Position numbers and translations under genes: made by a program. From contig NC_135251.1 of NCBI RefSeq assembly GCF_964204865.1, positions 26,722,001 to 26,786,000 of the forward strand: a DNA stretch of 64,000 nt, in the 5' to 3' direction. This document shows, piece after piece, positions 13,634 through 28,403 of the stretch (the stretch's first letter is position 1; every line of letters starts with the position of its first letter). The notes under the pieces are model-generated. The model did no database searches. It was not told the DNA's origin and saw nothing but the letters and a program-made list of their open reading frames with translations. The stretch comes from Styela clava (lineage: Eukaryota).

Positions 13634-14188
13634 CAGTGCCCTTCAACCGGGTATAAGGTATATCCAAGTGTATACCGGAGCATAAGTAATACAACTGATA
13701 AACGGTATACGAAGGGTGTACAGCTCAAGTCAGGGATTCTAAACTTTAATATAATAAATTAAAATTATAAAATAATCAATTGGAGACAACAATGCAAACG
13801 TGGCGCACGTGAAAAATAAAAGGCATTTACCCAACGAACCTACTTGAGTAGATTGTTACATCACAATTTATCTAGATAATGCAGGCACGTGTCTGGGGTT
13901 GATGATTTCAGCTGTCATGCACGTGGCTTGATTTACGTTGAGCACTATTCCCGCTGGCGCTAGGGCCGTCAGTCAAATTTAGACCTTTTACTTTACAACT
14001 TAGACAGTAGACCAATAGATTGCATGGTTATATTGCAGTATCGTCAGTTTTAGTTTTTTTTTTACATTCTGTGCTTAAAATTCAATGTTTATTTAAGCTT
14101 TAAATAAACATTGGTATTTGTAAAGTATACAAAGTTCTTGAAAAATTATAAAAAGATACATCACTGTGAAAAAGGTTGAAGAATACTG
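13634..14188. mobile_element. hAT MITE
   Basis: Ends CAGTGCCCTTCAACC ... GGTTGAAGAATACTG; perfect TSD GCCTATAA; the empty site is visible in the paralogous spacer at ~23224 (GCCTATAATATTATG). Confidence 0.85.
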
Positions 14189-15941
14189 GCCTATAATATT
14201 AAGAAATTCTGATTGCGTGTAGATTTTATAGTGGAGTTTACATTCCCCTTTATTATTTCAAAATATTTGCATCCAAGGTTTGCGGGTATGTTAGAATTGT
14301 GCACCTAAATATAACAACATTTACTAATAAATGATCATTCAAGTTTAGAAAGTGTGTTCAACATCAACTATAATTGAGATAATTAAGAAAGTAGCAGCTA
14401 ATCTGGGATCAAAAAATCCGAAACAATGAAACGATGTCCCACAGGAATCAAGGAAAGTATAATAGCAATCAAATTTGCTAAGTGAATTCAAATTTGTCGA
14501 TGTGAACAATTTGGCAAAAAGGATGATTGTTCCATATCATTCATATTTATTTCAATTTTTTTTTTGTGAAGCTATAAAGAGCAAATAGAAATGCAATAAA
14601 GTCGTCAAAACTGCTGCAGAATAAAGTAAATATTACCATTTGCCCAAAATCGAGAAATCGCAATGGGAAGAATATCATTCTGGTTTGAAACGTATGCATG
14701 TATATTCGAAGCTCGTGGTTTTTTAATATTTTCCTTATTGCACTAAATTATAATACAGTTTTGAGTAGTTTGAGGCTAATCAATCGTCATTGTAATCGAG
14801 TGCTTCCGCAGTATGCAGCCTACCAAAAAATATTGCAAAATGTGAAGTTTGAATATTTGAAATGTGGAGCATATTCAGCCTTACGTCAGCATACCTATAG
14901 AAGTTTGCGATTGTATTACAATGTTCGGTATTCATTTAGTAGTCGAGTTTAATTTGCATTATAATATAAATTACCAAACAAGCTATCTGGAACAAAATGT
15001 TTAAAATTTTAGACCAGCATTCGCTTTTATCTATAGCAAAGAAATTGCGAGAATTAAAGAAAAGAACCAGGTATCACCATGAGATGAAGTAGAAATAGAT
15101 TTACAGTATTTAGGTATTTAGGCAGAAACCAGTTAGAACGAAACAACTGTGAAAAATATGATGCATAAAAGTTTGAAATATTTCTGGTTCGAGATAGAGA
15201 AATTTTGCAATTATACACATATCGTGTTAATGTGTAAGTTACACATACACCAGTAACCGAGACGAAAAATATCATACTAGGTAATAACGAGTTTTGAACT
15301 GAATATATTTATCACATATACATAAATTCGTGCAATGAAGAGTATTGGAATTGGCATCATATAATTTTGTTTAATATAACCTTGACTGTTGATATTACTC
15401 TTGTTGTCGACATGTATATTTCTATTTTATGACCTTATATGCTCAAACAAAATAACATTTTGTGTCCAATGTATCCAATCAAGAAGCATTTATTGCAACA
15501 ATAGAAAAAATGAAACTGTACATCTGACGAGTTTTTGAGTTAAATGAATTCACTCAATATAATGTATTGATGGTATGAACCCTATAAAACTCACTTAGGT
15601 TCCTCGATCAGAAATGTTTAATTTATGAGAATTTTGACAACATTATGAATAAGTTTAGGGTGAACTTGTCTACTTGGTGTGCTGAGCTCCATTTTATCCT
15701 ATAATTTATCACGCATCTTAGTCTATTCTCATTAAAATGAGGTTTAAAAAATCAAAGCCTTATCAAATCTCATATTTTAAATTAAACGGTAACATATTGA
15801 TACACATAGATCAGATATTATCTAGTCACTGTAGTGTAAAGTTTGAGGTTTATGAGTAATGCTGATCGTTTAGGTAATTAATCAATTTACGGAATTTTTA
15901 ATATTAACCATGGAAATTTTATTTTTAGAAAGCCTAAAACT

Positions 15942-18900
15942 ATGCCGACTCAATGTAACCAAAGAGTTATAATTCTTTCTGTGGTCGCAGCTGTTATTAG
16001 TCTGAGTATTGGAGTGATCATCGGTTATTTTGGTAGGGGTGGTGGTTCGAGTCATCAAACATCGGAAGCAGATACGAGAGCGAGTAAAATGATAATGGAT
16101 GAAATAAAGGAGGCGAATATTGAGCAAAATTTAATGTCAGTACCTTCTTGTAATTAAAATGTACATTGTTTTTATTTTCACACTGATCTTAATGTTATTC
16201 TTTTAAATTCTTATTGATATATAGGTTCTGAAAATGCAATGCTAACGATGGATATAAGAAACATGGCAGCCATTTTTTCTGAGACACATCCGATAAAGAG
16301 AAAGCCTTTACTGCATATTTCAAATCGAAAGATTATATTTTTTGCCCCAAAGAAATTGATAACAAATCTTAATCAGACGCCGTATTTCATACTCATTCTC
16401 AACGTGGTTACGAGAATATGCAGAATTATTCTAATTCGTACATGTATTGCAGGAAATTGACTGCAAAACCACATATAGCCGGAAGAGATGTCGATGAGGT
16501 CGAGCTCGTAGAATTTGTAGCAAACAGTTGGCGAGATTCTGGCCTAACTGTTGAAATCCATCCATATAACGTATTGCTGTCTTATCCGAATCAGGAAGAT
16601 TCTAATTCCCTTGCGATAAAATTAAAAAATGGTGAGTAATTCAAATTGCCTAAATTATTGAATATGCTAATTAATTTATTGTACTTTGGCACATCCCCTT
16701 AGCAAGTTTTTTTTTAAGCTGAGAACCATATTCGGTCAATTGATTTTGTGCACTTGGTAACACACATGATTGAACTAAGGCATATAAAAATGAATTCCAT
16801 TTCTGATTGATAGATAATGATTCTCGGAAAATCTTTTTTCACAGGAACTCTTGTTAGTAAAAGTCATCCAACCGAAGCTATATTGGATCCCTCACAAGAT
16901 AAACCAGGCGTGGTCAATCCGTTCAATGCTTATGCCGCAAAAGGTGATCCAGAGGTATCAAATTCTTAATTTTCTTTAGCCGTAATTATCTGACAGGTAA
17001 TTTTATATATCAAATAGACCACCGTGAAATATACATACGAAGGTAATGTTACATCTAATATCTCAAAGTGTGCATTTTAGTCTAGCTGACTATTTTAAAT
17101 ATTTGACACTGGGTAGTTCCATTAGGACAAAGATTATATTGTTATTCGAAATTAATTATCAGTTAAAACATTTTTTTCTAATTCAACAGTATTTTCTCGA
17201 TCTGATTTTAATTTTATCACCATTCAAACAAGAGAGCAATCTTCAAATATATGGACACGTAAACCAGAGCGAAGCAGTACTTACCTTTAACGTTACCGGT
17301 ACCTTCAAAAAAGTTTTCAGTAGTAAGGATTTTCAGAAGCAGCCGTCACGTTTGGCGGAACTGCTTGAAATAAATGTCAAAACAATGTTCCCATGCGTAA
17401 AAGTTAAAACAGTGAAATTTTGAATGAAATAGCAGATCTCATCGGATTCATAGGAAATTTCGAAATAAATGAAAGTAATAGCCTTGTGGAAAAAAATTCA
17501 TCTTCAACCACGGAAAATTTCGAAGCAATTGGTCCAGTAATCCGAGAGAAAAGCGACTTTTTTATAACGTGTCAAAGAACAAGCATAGGAACAACAACGA
17601 AAATACCAAAACCCTTCAACTGTATATTACTATATTTTAATTGCCCTATTTTTTGCATTATTGCAGGGGGATATTGTGTACGTAAATTATGGCACAATCC
17701 AGGACTTCATCTTCATCAATAGAACTAAGTCTATCGATCTTACTGGAAAAATCTGCATAGCTCGTTATGGAAAAATATTTAGAGGAGATAAAGGTAATTT
17801 CTCACATAAAGTCACATTTGTTGCACATTTAAAAAAATTTCGAATTTTTTTAATTTTCTGTATCTTGGAATGTTGTTTCTACGATGTTCAAGCAATTCAA
17901 AACTCAAAACACTGCACATTTTTATAACATCATACTCTGACTTAAATATACCTAAATAAATGTTATTCTTATCAATATTATAAACTATCTCTGATATTTT
18001 CTAATATCATGATAAACCCAAATTTTATTAAAATTATACGAATTTATAAATTTCTTCAATTAAATGTATACATTTCTCTAATTGCCAGCATTACACGCCG
18101 GACAATACAAATGTGCAGGATTAATATTATATTCCGACCCGGCGGATTATGCAGTGGCGGGACAAGGAGTCTATCCCGATACTTGGTATTTGCCAGGAAC
18201 TGGGGCACAACGTGGGACATTATTCAAAGATGAAGGAGATCCTCTCACTATGCATTATCCATCTATAGGTAAAATTAACTCGATTTCTAAATTCTTTATA
18301 CTACCGGCGATATAAGCGTCAGAAGCAATACCAATTTTCAATATCTTCCATTTCGATGTTGCGCAACTCTTGTGTCTGCATATTGCAACGAACGTTGTTA
18401 GTCTGAACTTATATGAACTCGTTTTATATAGAACTTGGTATTTGATTTCGCGTAAATAGTATAAAAATGTCAATTCTTTAGCCAGTACTGTGATACAATT
18501 TGGACTTATGCTACTTCAAATAATAATAATAGCACAATATCAATCATTTACAGACACTGCGTGGAGAATAAACGAAGAAGATGCGAATCTTCCAAGAATA
18601 CCTGTGACACCTGTTGGATATGATGACGCAATAATGTACCTGATGCATATGGGAGGCGAAGAAGTGGAAGAAAGTTGGAAAGGAGGTTTGAATATAACAT
18701 ATAGATACGGACCCGGGTTCCAAGGAAAGCATACCACAAGGTACGTTTCTGATTAAATAATCAAGGACAGTAGAATAATTTTGATGGAATTGCACTCAAA
18801 TAGTTTTTTCAACGAGCATTATTTATTCATTATTTAGACGAGTATTTCTAGGTAGGAACTGGGTAACTAACAATACAATATAATAAATGGAAAAAAATAA

Positions 18901-21900
18901 TACTCTATCGTTAATATACGATTATCGACAAACAGAATTATTTATTTTCATTGTTTATTTAGAATTTTTAATATTTCTGCAACCAGTTTTATTTTGAATT
19001 TTTGATTAGCTTTTCATATTTTTTTGTTTTTGCAAATCCTAAATTTTACGCTTCATTCTAGTAAGATGTCAATGCATGTTACAACCGCAAATGAAAGAAA
19101 AACAGCTCATAATGTTATCGGTTATATTCGAGGAACTATTGAACCTGGTATGTTTAATTTATTATTGTACACTTAATTAATTTTTTTACATGACAAATAT
19201 CCAAGCTCGATGAACAGATAAACCTTTATGGGTTAGTACTTTTTAAACACCACATGTTCAGTTCACAGTTTCAAGCCGGGAAATCAGTCAATATGGCAAT
19301 TGAAATGTGTATTTAATTTTTGATTTTAAAATAATTGGACCTTCATTTGTAACAGATCGATACGTACTCTTTGGAAACCACCGAGATGCATGGGTGTTTG
19401 GTGCCATGGATCCATCGTCAGGAACTGCTGCTATGCTGGAAATTTCGAGAGCAATTGGTGCGGCCGCAAAGAATGGATGGAAACCACGCCGAACAATTGT
19501 ATTCTGCAGCTGGGGAGCTGAGGAATATGGAATGATCGGATCTTCTGAATGGGTTGAAGTATGTTCAATTAAAATATATTATTGAGACATATCATCAATT
19601 ACCTTAATCCATGAGATACCTCAAGTTTTTGCCGCATTATTTTTGATTCGGTAATATTTCACGGGACGCGTTGATCCAAAATAACGCGGAAGCAGTTTTT
19701 AGATGAAACCTATTTTTTGCATGCATGTTCGGTGTTCCAATATCAAGCAACAAACTCCCATTTTGTGATTATTTGACTAATGTTAGTGTTCAAAAGTAGT
19801 TATGCAGCATTGAAAAATATTTCAGACTAAAAACAATTTTTAAAAAATATGGGATTAAAAATTAAAATATTCAAAAAGCCTTTTCAATTTTTAATTTTAC
19901 AGGAATTTCAGAAAGTTTTGGGTTCACGATCAATTGCATACATTAATGCTGATACGCTTGTTAACGGAGGGTACAGTTTTGATGCTGGCGGTTCTCCAAG
20001 TATTAAGAATGCAGTTTTTGAAGCAGCAAAACTCGTGACTAATCCTAACCCAAATGAAATATCCATGGGAAGAAAAACTGTATACGATACATGGGCTTAT
20101 ACAAATGGAGGGAACGAACCTGAGTAAGCATCCCAGTTTACTTATTTGTCTCCAAGACTTAGACATTCCAGTAATTTTTGTTATATTTATACTTATTCAT
20201 CGCGACCCTATTTTGTAAAATTTGCAGATTTTCAACACTTGGATCAGGTAGTGACTACACAATGTTCTTGCAGCTCACTGGCACTACAGTAATGAATGCA
20301 AATTACATATTTGATTCGGTGAGTAAATCTCAAAATGACAAATTTATTTTAGATATCAATAGATATTTAATTTAAAGTAGTTGTATATTTCTTTTTCTGT
20401 AAAAATGTGAGAAAAACCTATAATGAATTGATTTTTTTTTAGAGAATTGGTATCCCCGGCTATCCAGTGTACCATTCCGTGTATGAAACATTCGATTTTG
20501 TTAAAAATTTTGTGGATCCAAATTTCCTCAATCATCAAGCAGCGGCGAGAGTTTTAGCGGAATTGACAAGAAATTTGGCGGACTCGCCAGTTTTGCCTTT
20601 GAGCGCTGTAGATTATGCAACAAAAATGAATGCTGATAAAAACGCAATGTTGAATATTTATAAACAAAATCTGACTGATCATTGCATGGATCCAAGTAAG
20701 TACATATACCAGTTTTATGATACAGATAAATTTTGATAATTTATTTATTTTGATAAGAAATTCTGCCAATAGGTGTAATGTTTTGTGTTTACGAACAACT
20801 CAAACATACTCATAAATTATATATGTCTTCTCCACTTTGGTCATTTCAGCATTACTCGACGACGCCGTCGCAAATTTTACCACAGCAGCAACGAATCTTC
20901 ATAAAAGAATTAACAATCTCGATCTGACAGAGTAAGATGAATGTATATTATTAACACTATATTTATCTAAACGTAGCGGCGATTAACTGATTATCCGACT
21001 TCCGACGATAATCCGCTTCCAATCCTCCTTCCAACGAACCAACCGTGACATAGCTGAAATTGCGTCTTTGTCGGAAACGGAGTGGACCTATAGATCGTTT
21101 TTTATTGTTGTTGTGCTTGTTCTTTATTATTTATTCTTCTTCCTATTGTTACGAAAAAATCGCCTTTACCTTTAAATTAATGAAAAGAATGATTTGAAAT
21201 TACTAGTCGTTAAAGTGATTAAAGATTGCATTTTTCGCAAGAAGTTTATATTTTATTTATTTCAAATATTCCTGTGAGCTCTATGAAATTAATTGTTTCG
21301 TGGGCTATGATGTCATCAAAATTTGCGCACCTGACGGCGGTTCCGCCAACACATATCAGCGAATGTCGTTCGCAGCGAACGTCGTCGGATCTCGAGTAGG
21401 TTGTCGTGCTTTCATTATATTTATTGTCCTTATTAAAAATTGGAGTTTAGGCATAACCTTGTTTTGTAATTTAATTAAGATTTACTCACTGAAGCAATTT
21501 TATTGTAGAAAATGAAACCCTTAATCAAACTCAAACTGGGTAAACTATTTCTATAACTTGTAAAGAGTGCTTGATGGAGTAACAGATCTGGTGTTGATAT
21601 CATATGTATATATGTATTTTCAGTGCACTAGCCGTAAGAGCAATCAATGATCAACTTATGCAACTTGAACAAGCATTCATCGATAAACAAGGAATAGAAG
21701 GAAGGACCCAGTTTAGGTAATAACAATTTTTCTTCCATTCTGAAAAGACGTTCATAAGTACATACATTGTTGTAAAAGGTATTTTTCATTGGAAATTTTC
21801 TTTATGTCATGTTTTCATTCACCAAACCCAACGTTTATTATATATGGAACTTAATGACATTGTTTTTATTTGTGTGATTATATATATTATTTAGTCACGT

Positions 21901-22220
21901 GATATACGCTCCAAGTCTCCACAATACGTATGGAGGAGCAGCATTCCCTGGACTTGTTGACTCGATGTTTGAAATCAACGCTGACCCAGATCCAGAGGCA
22001 AGATGGAAAAAGGTAACTCACCTGAATATTTATATGAATGGTATTTATTTCTGCAATTTTATTACCTTTGAAAAATAGAATTACACTAAAATAATATGAA
22101 AGCTGAAAAATATTTGATTTTCAGGTCCGTCGACAATATGCTATCCTCCTATACCACATCGGTTCGGCGTCATCGACACTGAGAGATGTTGTACCAATCA
22201 AGGGATATTCAAACGTTTAG
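15942..22220 (+). CDS. M28B glutamate carboxypeptidase II/NAALADase-like peptidase (copy B), 15 exons, 739 aa. Exons: 15942-16135, 16453-16631, 16845-16954, 17667-17793, 18089-18268, 18554-18740, 19062-19147, 19356-19558, 19903-20123, 20228-20318, 20443-20695, 20850-20931, 21624-21716, 21895-22012, 22125-22220
   Basis: Every exon has the same length and phase as in copy A; canonical splice sites; all zinc ligands and the catalytic EE retained; no stops seen. Confidence 0.93.
17227..17600 (+). mobile_element. Insertion in intron 3 of copy B; interspersed repeat, possibly Helentron/HINE-like
   Basis: Absent from the equivalent intron of copy A; starts AACAAGAG; shares AATTGGTCCAGTA and AACAACAACG with the minus strand at ~12310-12370, and GAACAAGCA..AACAACAA with the minus strand at ~21100-21170. 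Confidence 0.55.
21071..21398 (-). repeat. Interspersed repeat in intron 12 of copy B (duplicated at ~31372-31700 in copy D)
   Basis: Differs from the copy A intron between shared flanks; reverse complement shares motifs with the 17227-17600 insertion. Confidence 0.5.
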
Positions 22221-22916
22221 TGTAACTAAAACGAGTTGACTCAATGTAATTTTGTGATATATATTTGTAAATTGATTCCAAAATGAATTTACATATTTAA
22301 AAGGTAATCCCGTAGTATGTGAACCAAGATCACGGACACCGGAACGTAGTATGTGTACCAGGTTAAGGTTAGGCTTTAACGCAACTGTTGATAACCTTAA
22401 GCACTGAATCCCTTCAGCAGGCATAAGTATACACAGTGAAATAGAAAATTAGAGAGGGTGACTTTTGCTGAATCCATATTGATTGATAAAGATAGATTGA
22501 AACCTAATAGCATTTTAAAAGCAGAAACGGATATTGAAACTAATTTTAAAACCTGATCAGAAGCTCTTGAAGTTATATATATATTCTTTCAATTTACGTG
22601 AGGTGCGGCGTTTCATTAGAAATATAAAATTAGATCTAACAGCAACCAAGCACGAATGGATATACGGAACTATTTCAATATTTTTTGTGACCTATTTTGA
22701 AGTCTTTGTTGAGTTGCTAGGCAGACATGATAGGGTGATTTTAAGAAGCTACGTTGGACAGTCTATAATATTATGGAATTGTGATTGCGAGTAGACTCCG
22801 TGATGGAGTTTGCATTCCCCTTCAATATTTCAAAATATTTGCATCAACAGGCATCCTCATGTTGTCGACATCTATATTTCTACTTCAATGGCCTTATATG
22901 CTCAAACGAAACAAAA

Positions 22917-23186
22917 TTTTTAAATTACCCCGAGAAAATTTACAATCAGATGCACACGCCTTTCATAAATAATAAGCTCTGATTTACGGTACTTGCCACG
23001 TTCAAGAACATTGATTACGTAATAATGTCTTCGGTAGAGCCTGTCGTGATTTCGATAAACACTGTAAAAGCATGACATCAAAATTTTACTTCAAATCAAA
23101 GTGCGAGCTTAAAGTTGTCTCACTGTCCCCCTAAAATCGCTTCGCGGACCCTTAAGCGACTGCGGACCACAGTTTGAGAACCAATG
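22917..23186. mobile_element. Right half of a hAT MITE (full copy at 34053-34513), left part deleted
   Basis: Ends GCGGACCACAGTTTGAGAACCAATG; near-identical to ~34245-34513. Confidence 0.8.
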
Positions 23187-24372
23187 TGATAGAGTGATAT
23201 TAAGAAGCTACGTTAGACGTTCAGCCTATAATATTATGGAGTTCTGATTGCGAGTAGACTCCATATAGTGAAGTTTGCATACCCTCTTAATATTTCAAAA
23301 TATTTCCATCCACATGTATGCGAATATATTAGAATTGTACACTTAAATATAACAGCATTCCCATAAAAAGGATCATTCAAGTTTTAAAAGTGTGTTGGAG
23401 ATCAACCATAATTGAGATAATTAAAAATGTAGCGGGTATTCTGGGATCAAAAAATCCGACACAATAAAACGAAGGCTTACAGGAAACAACGGAAGATATA
23501 ATAGCAATAAAATTTGCTAAGTAAGTTCAAACTTTGTCTTACCTAGTATGTGTAATTTATTCGCTGAAGGGAGAAAGGCAATTGCTCTCTCTATTCTGCA
23601 CATGAATTTTCAAAATACAAATTTGACACATTCAAAGATTTAAAGAGTTTGAAATGTCAAAAATATGTCGATGAGGATATTTCTCTGATATTGTTTAAAA
23701 ACAGTCCACGAGCAAAGCATTGCTTAGTTATATAATACGATATGCTTTTTACTCGTTGGAATTCACATTGAAGTAGCAACAAAAAATTACAAACTTTATT
23801 GTGCAATATAAAACATCAAATTCAAACATTGTATTAATTGTCATGCATTGCAATTGAATCTGAGTGTATATTCAAGCCAAATGGTTGCACATAACACACC
23901 TTGTGCACGGTGTAATAAACTGCGTGGACAATGCTTTCCGTATGTAAAAGCTTTTTAAGTAGGCCCTATCAATTGAATTAGGCCGTGAAAACATTCCATG
24001 AATTTATAAAACTTCCGATACCCACAAGAATAACAAAATATTTACATCGGATTGGATGGCCTTCTTTAATTTATTGTTTCGATCTGTTTGAGAACAGATA
24101 TTCGTGGTTTCTTGAGTTCACGCTTTAGCTGTGCGGACAGGAAATCAGCCAATTTCTCAATTGTTGTCATCTATTTTCATTCTTGAACATGGGATTATCA
24201 TTCCCATGGGTATAGCGCGGAAAACGTCCCATGAGGTGGGTGGTATGGGAAAGTACACAAGATATTTTCAATGGCAATATTATTACGTAATCTATGTCCC
24301 TGACTGTTATACTTTTTACCTTCCAAAAGATGTATATATCTAAATTTGTTTAGGGCGGGATACCATATAGAT

Positions 24373-24596
24373 CAGACATGGGTAAAGTACGGCCCGCGGG
24401 CCAAATCTGGCACGGAATTTGTTGAGATTGTGATTAAATTTAGTTTTGACACGAGGGTTGTTGTTTTCCACTGTTGCTTTTGTAACACTGTAAATATTAT
24501 TCATAAAATGTAACTTTTTACGTCACACTTACATGGCCCGCCAGTCTAGGTAGGCAAAATTTTTGGCCCCTTGTTCAAAAACCTTGTCCACCCCTG
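24373..24596. mobile_element. hAT (Charlie-like) MITE
   Basis: CAGACATGGGTAAAGTACGGCCCGCGGGCC ... CCTTGTCCACCCCTG; perfect TSD ATATAGAT. Confidence 0.85.
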
Positions 24597-24794
24597 ATAT
24601 AGATGCACACATATTTTCATTTAAGATTATTTACCATGATTGGCCGAGGAATTGCCATGCCATGAGATGGATGAAACAAGCATAAATTGCCATGCGAAGA
24701 GATCGGACGGAAAATATGTCTCATGGACAAGCTTTCTCATTCTAATTATGGTTTTACAATCGTTTGGCTGTTTTATTTGTCCTTTTTAGTACAG

Positions 24795-27700
24795 ATCGAT
24801 ACGTGCTTTTCGTAAACCATCGAGATGCATGGGTTTTCGGCTCTATAGATCCATCATCTGGAACTGCTGCAATGCTGGAACCTTTTAGGGCAATTGGTGC
24901 GGCAGTAAGGAATGGATGGAAACCCCGCCGAACAATTGTATTTTGCAGCTGGGGAGCTGAGGAATATGGATTGATCGGATCTGCTGAATGGGTTGAAGTG
25001 TGTTTTACTAATAGTATTATTTCTTCAGACACCTCATGTATATAAACACGTCCTAGAATAAATTGAGTTATACGAAGTGTAGTCTTAAATAATTTTCTTC
25101 GGCTAACGCTGTTATGTAAATCAAAAATAATTTGTAACTTGATAACTAATATATTTGGATTTACTAAAAAGCTGTTTTATCAACACAGGACTATAAATAT
25201 ATTAGATATAAGTCCAGTGTTCCAATATCGAGCAATAAACTCAGATTCTATGATTAGTTCCGATTATTTTCGGTTACATTTATTCATTTAAAAGTAATCA
25301 TAAGGCGTTGAAATGTGCTATACTATAACAATTTTAAAGAATATGGAGCAACTACATGGAGTTGAAAACATTCAAAAGGCTTTCTACAGGAGTTTCAGAA
25401 AGTTTTGGGTTCGAGATCTGTTGCCTACCTAAACGTTGATTCCTCCATTAGAGGGGGTTATAGTTTTAGTGGTGGTGGTTCTCCAAGTATTAAGAATGCC
25501 GTATTTGAAGCCGCACAACTCGTGACTAATCCAAATCCAAGTGAAATAGCCGAGGGAAGAAAGAACGTATACGATACATGGGCTTATACAAATGGAAATA
25601 TCAAACCTGGGGAAGCTACTCCATTTACCTAGTCTTTAAAAAAATTTCATTTTCTGTGTTTTATACTCACCTCAATCCCTGTCAGTAAAGAAAGGTACAG
25701 TTTTTATATTTAAAATACTGCGAGAGACTTTGTTCGTTGATTGTTACCAGTTTTGGCAAATTTCGCTGTTGTGTCGCGCGTAAATTCCCTTATTTTTATC
25801 TAAACTTCTTTGAGGTTTGTGTATTTTATGCCTCGCCTGCTTTGGTCAGTATCTTTTTTCATTGTGGTATTCGGCCTCGTTTGGTACAATTAGGGTAAAG
25901 GTAGGGTAGTTAGAGTAATATATGAGCATCGTTGTATTTGCTGTGAATTATATTTGTTTTATTTTTAATTCTCATTTACTGCTTGCTTGGTTCAGTTACT
26001 AATTTTCAATAATTGATAAACCGGTATCGTTGACGTATATAGCTTGGCTATTTCGTAATTGTTAACTCAGGATATTAAGCGTTTTCGTTTTTGTCCTATT
26101 ACCTCCGCTGATGATGACTTTTTGTTCCCTTTTTTATGATTTATTGTTAAATATTTCATTATATTTGCAGTTAACCCACTTCCCTAAAATAGGTTATGCC
26201 ATGAAACATTCGTGTGTCTAAATATGACAACCCCATTTTGCAGATTTTCAACTCTTGGATCAGGCAGTATTACACAATGTTTCTGCAGCTTACGGGTACT
26301 ACAGTAATGGATGCGAAATATGTGTATGATCAGGTGCGTAAACTCAAAAAGAAGGAAAATGTATTTCAAACTTATATTTTTACATATTTAATTTAAAGAA
26401 GTTGAATATATATTTTTCTGTGAAGACTAAAAACCCTTGTAATGTATTGACTTTTTAGAGACTCGGCCTATTCAGCTTTTCAGTGTATCATTCAATTTAT
26501 GAAACATTCGACTATGTTAAAACGTTTGTAGATCCGAATTTTCTTTATCATCAAGCATCGGAATTGACACGGAATTTAGCGGACTCGGCGGTTTTGCCTC
26601 TAAGCGCTGTAGATTATGCAACGAAAATGAATGCCGATAAAGACGCATTGTTGGAATTTTTATAAACAAAATCTGACTTATCATGGCATGGATCCAAGTA
26701 AGTACATTTACCAGTTTTATGATAAAGACATGTTCCCAATTCTATACTAAAACTACTGTCACTCGCTGTAATGTTTAGTGTGTCCGAACAACTTGAACGT
26801 ACATGTAAATTATATTATGCTTTCTTCTTTTTGACGATTTCAGCATTACTCGACGACGCCATGAATAATTTTACTACAGCTGCAGAGAATCTCCATAATC
26901 TATATCATATGAGTACAATTAATTAATGAATAGCTATATCCGCAGGAAAAGGCAATGAATCACGTAATTCTCAGTTTAGTGCGAGTATTGCAGTGTTATC
27001 TACTTTCTCGAAAAGAAAAAGCACAAACAAAATACAATTTATGCTTTGCTTCTTTGCTCTTGGGAACCTTTAGTTAGGTATTTGTGCCTACGGCGATTTT
27101 ATTGTATCAAATCGAGCTTTTTTATAATTTTATTTAAAATCTTTTTTGAAAATTGTGATGCCTGTTTGATGAAGTCCCACATCACATGTCGATGAGCGTG
27201 TATGTACATCTGTATTTTCAGTGCACTAGCCGTGAGAGTAATCAATGATCAACTCATGCAACTTGAACAAGCATTCATCGATAAACAAGGAATAGAAAGT
27301 GAAACTCAGTTCAGGTAATAACAATTTGCCTTAATTACCCTAAGTAATATTAAATGTATTTTTTCTGCTAGCAATGTTTAAGAATTTATAGCACAGTGTA
27401 GGCTAACTCTCAAATGATAAAATATATTGTTGTAAAAGTAAATTTTTATTTTTATCGGAATTGCAAATTATCGTTACCGAACCCGGCGTCTAGTATATGG
27501 AACCTAATGACATTTTTTCATCTGCGATTTTATTTAGTCACGTAATATACGCTTCAAGTCTTCACAATACTTATGGTGGCGCTGCATTTCCAGGACTTGT
27601 TGACTCGATGTTTGAAATCGATGCTGACCCAGATCCGGATGCAAGATGGTAAACGGTAATTTAAGCATAGAACCACATGAATTCTTGTTTTTCTGATTAT

Positions 27701-27916
27701 TTAAAGGTAATAATAGCAATTACAAACAAACAAAAAAAAAAAATTTATTGACCAACGACATAGCTATGCTATATCAGAAAATTACAGAATCACACAGACT
27801 GGAAATTATTTTTCTTCCAGGTCCGTCGACAATATTCTATCCTTTTGTATCATATCGGTTCTGCAGCATCAACACTGAGAGACGTTGTACCAATCCGGGG
27901 ATATTCAAACGCATAA
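24795..27916 (+). pseudogene. NAALADase-like pseudogene (copy C), exons 8-15 only
   Basis: GNH changed to VNH; exon 9 donor GT changed to GG; 1-nt deletion in GSGSDY; 5-codon deletion (HQASELTR vs [13 protein letters not shown]); frameshift in exon 11; truncated exon 12; GAA changed to TAA at the end of exon 14; exons 2-7 not found upstream. Confidence 0.9.
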
Positions 27917-28403
27917 AGTAATGAAAACAGATGTGATGTATATTTGTGTACATTTTTCCATAATAAGTCTTCATAATACTCATTGCAGTAAATAAACCCT
28001 CATTCTAGTAGCATAAATCAGTCATTGATTTAATTTCCTGTTAATGGTATCACGTAATTTCACGATAGTATCAAAATGAATGACAATTTTAATGAAAACT
28101 CAAAAATTTTCCAATGACTTATATTGGTTATACACTATAGAAAATCTGAATAACGATAACGCATCTGGGCCCATATCATGGGGTCAAATATTATATTGTA
28201 TTATATATCATTTCCTTGTACCTGCATGCTAAATTTATAGAATTTTTGAATAATTAAAGAACAATTCACTTTTGAAGAATTCGTCAGCTTTTAACAATAA
28301 AACGACCATCAAACTACAGGAAAAAAAGACAGAACAAAATATATATCATAAAACTAAATCAAATGAAATTATAAATTATTCAAACAAACTTGATATTATA
28401 GAC

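Noticed and set aside
17046-17722. 125-aa and 100-aa ORFs inside copy B
   Set aside because: Intronic; they span a repeat insertion absent from copy A
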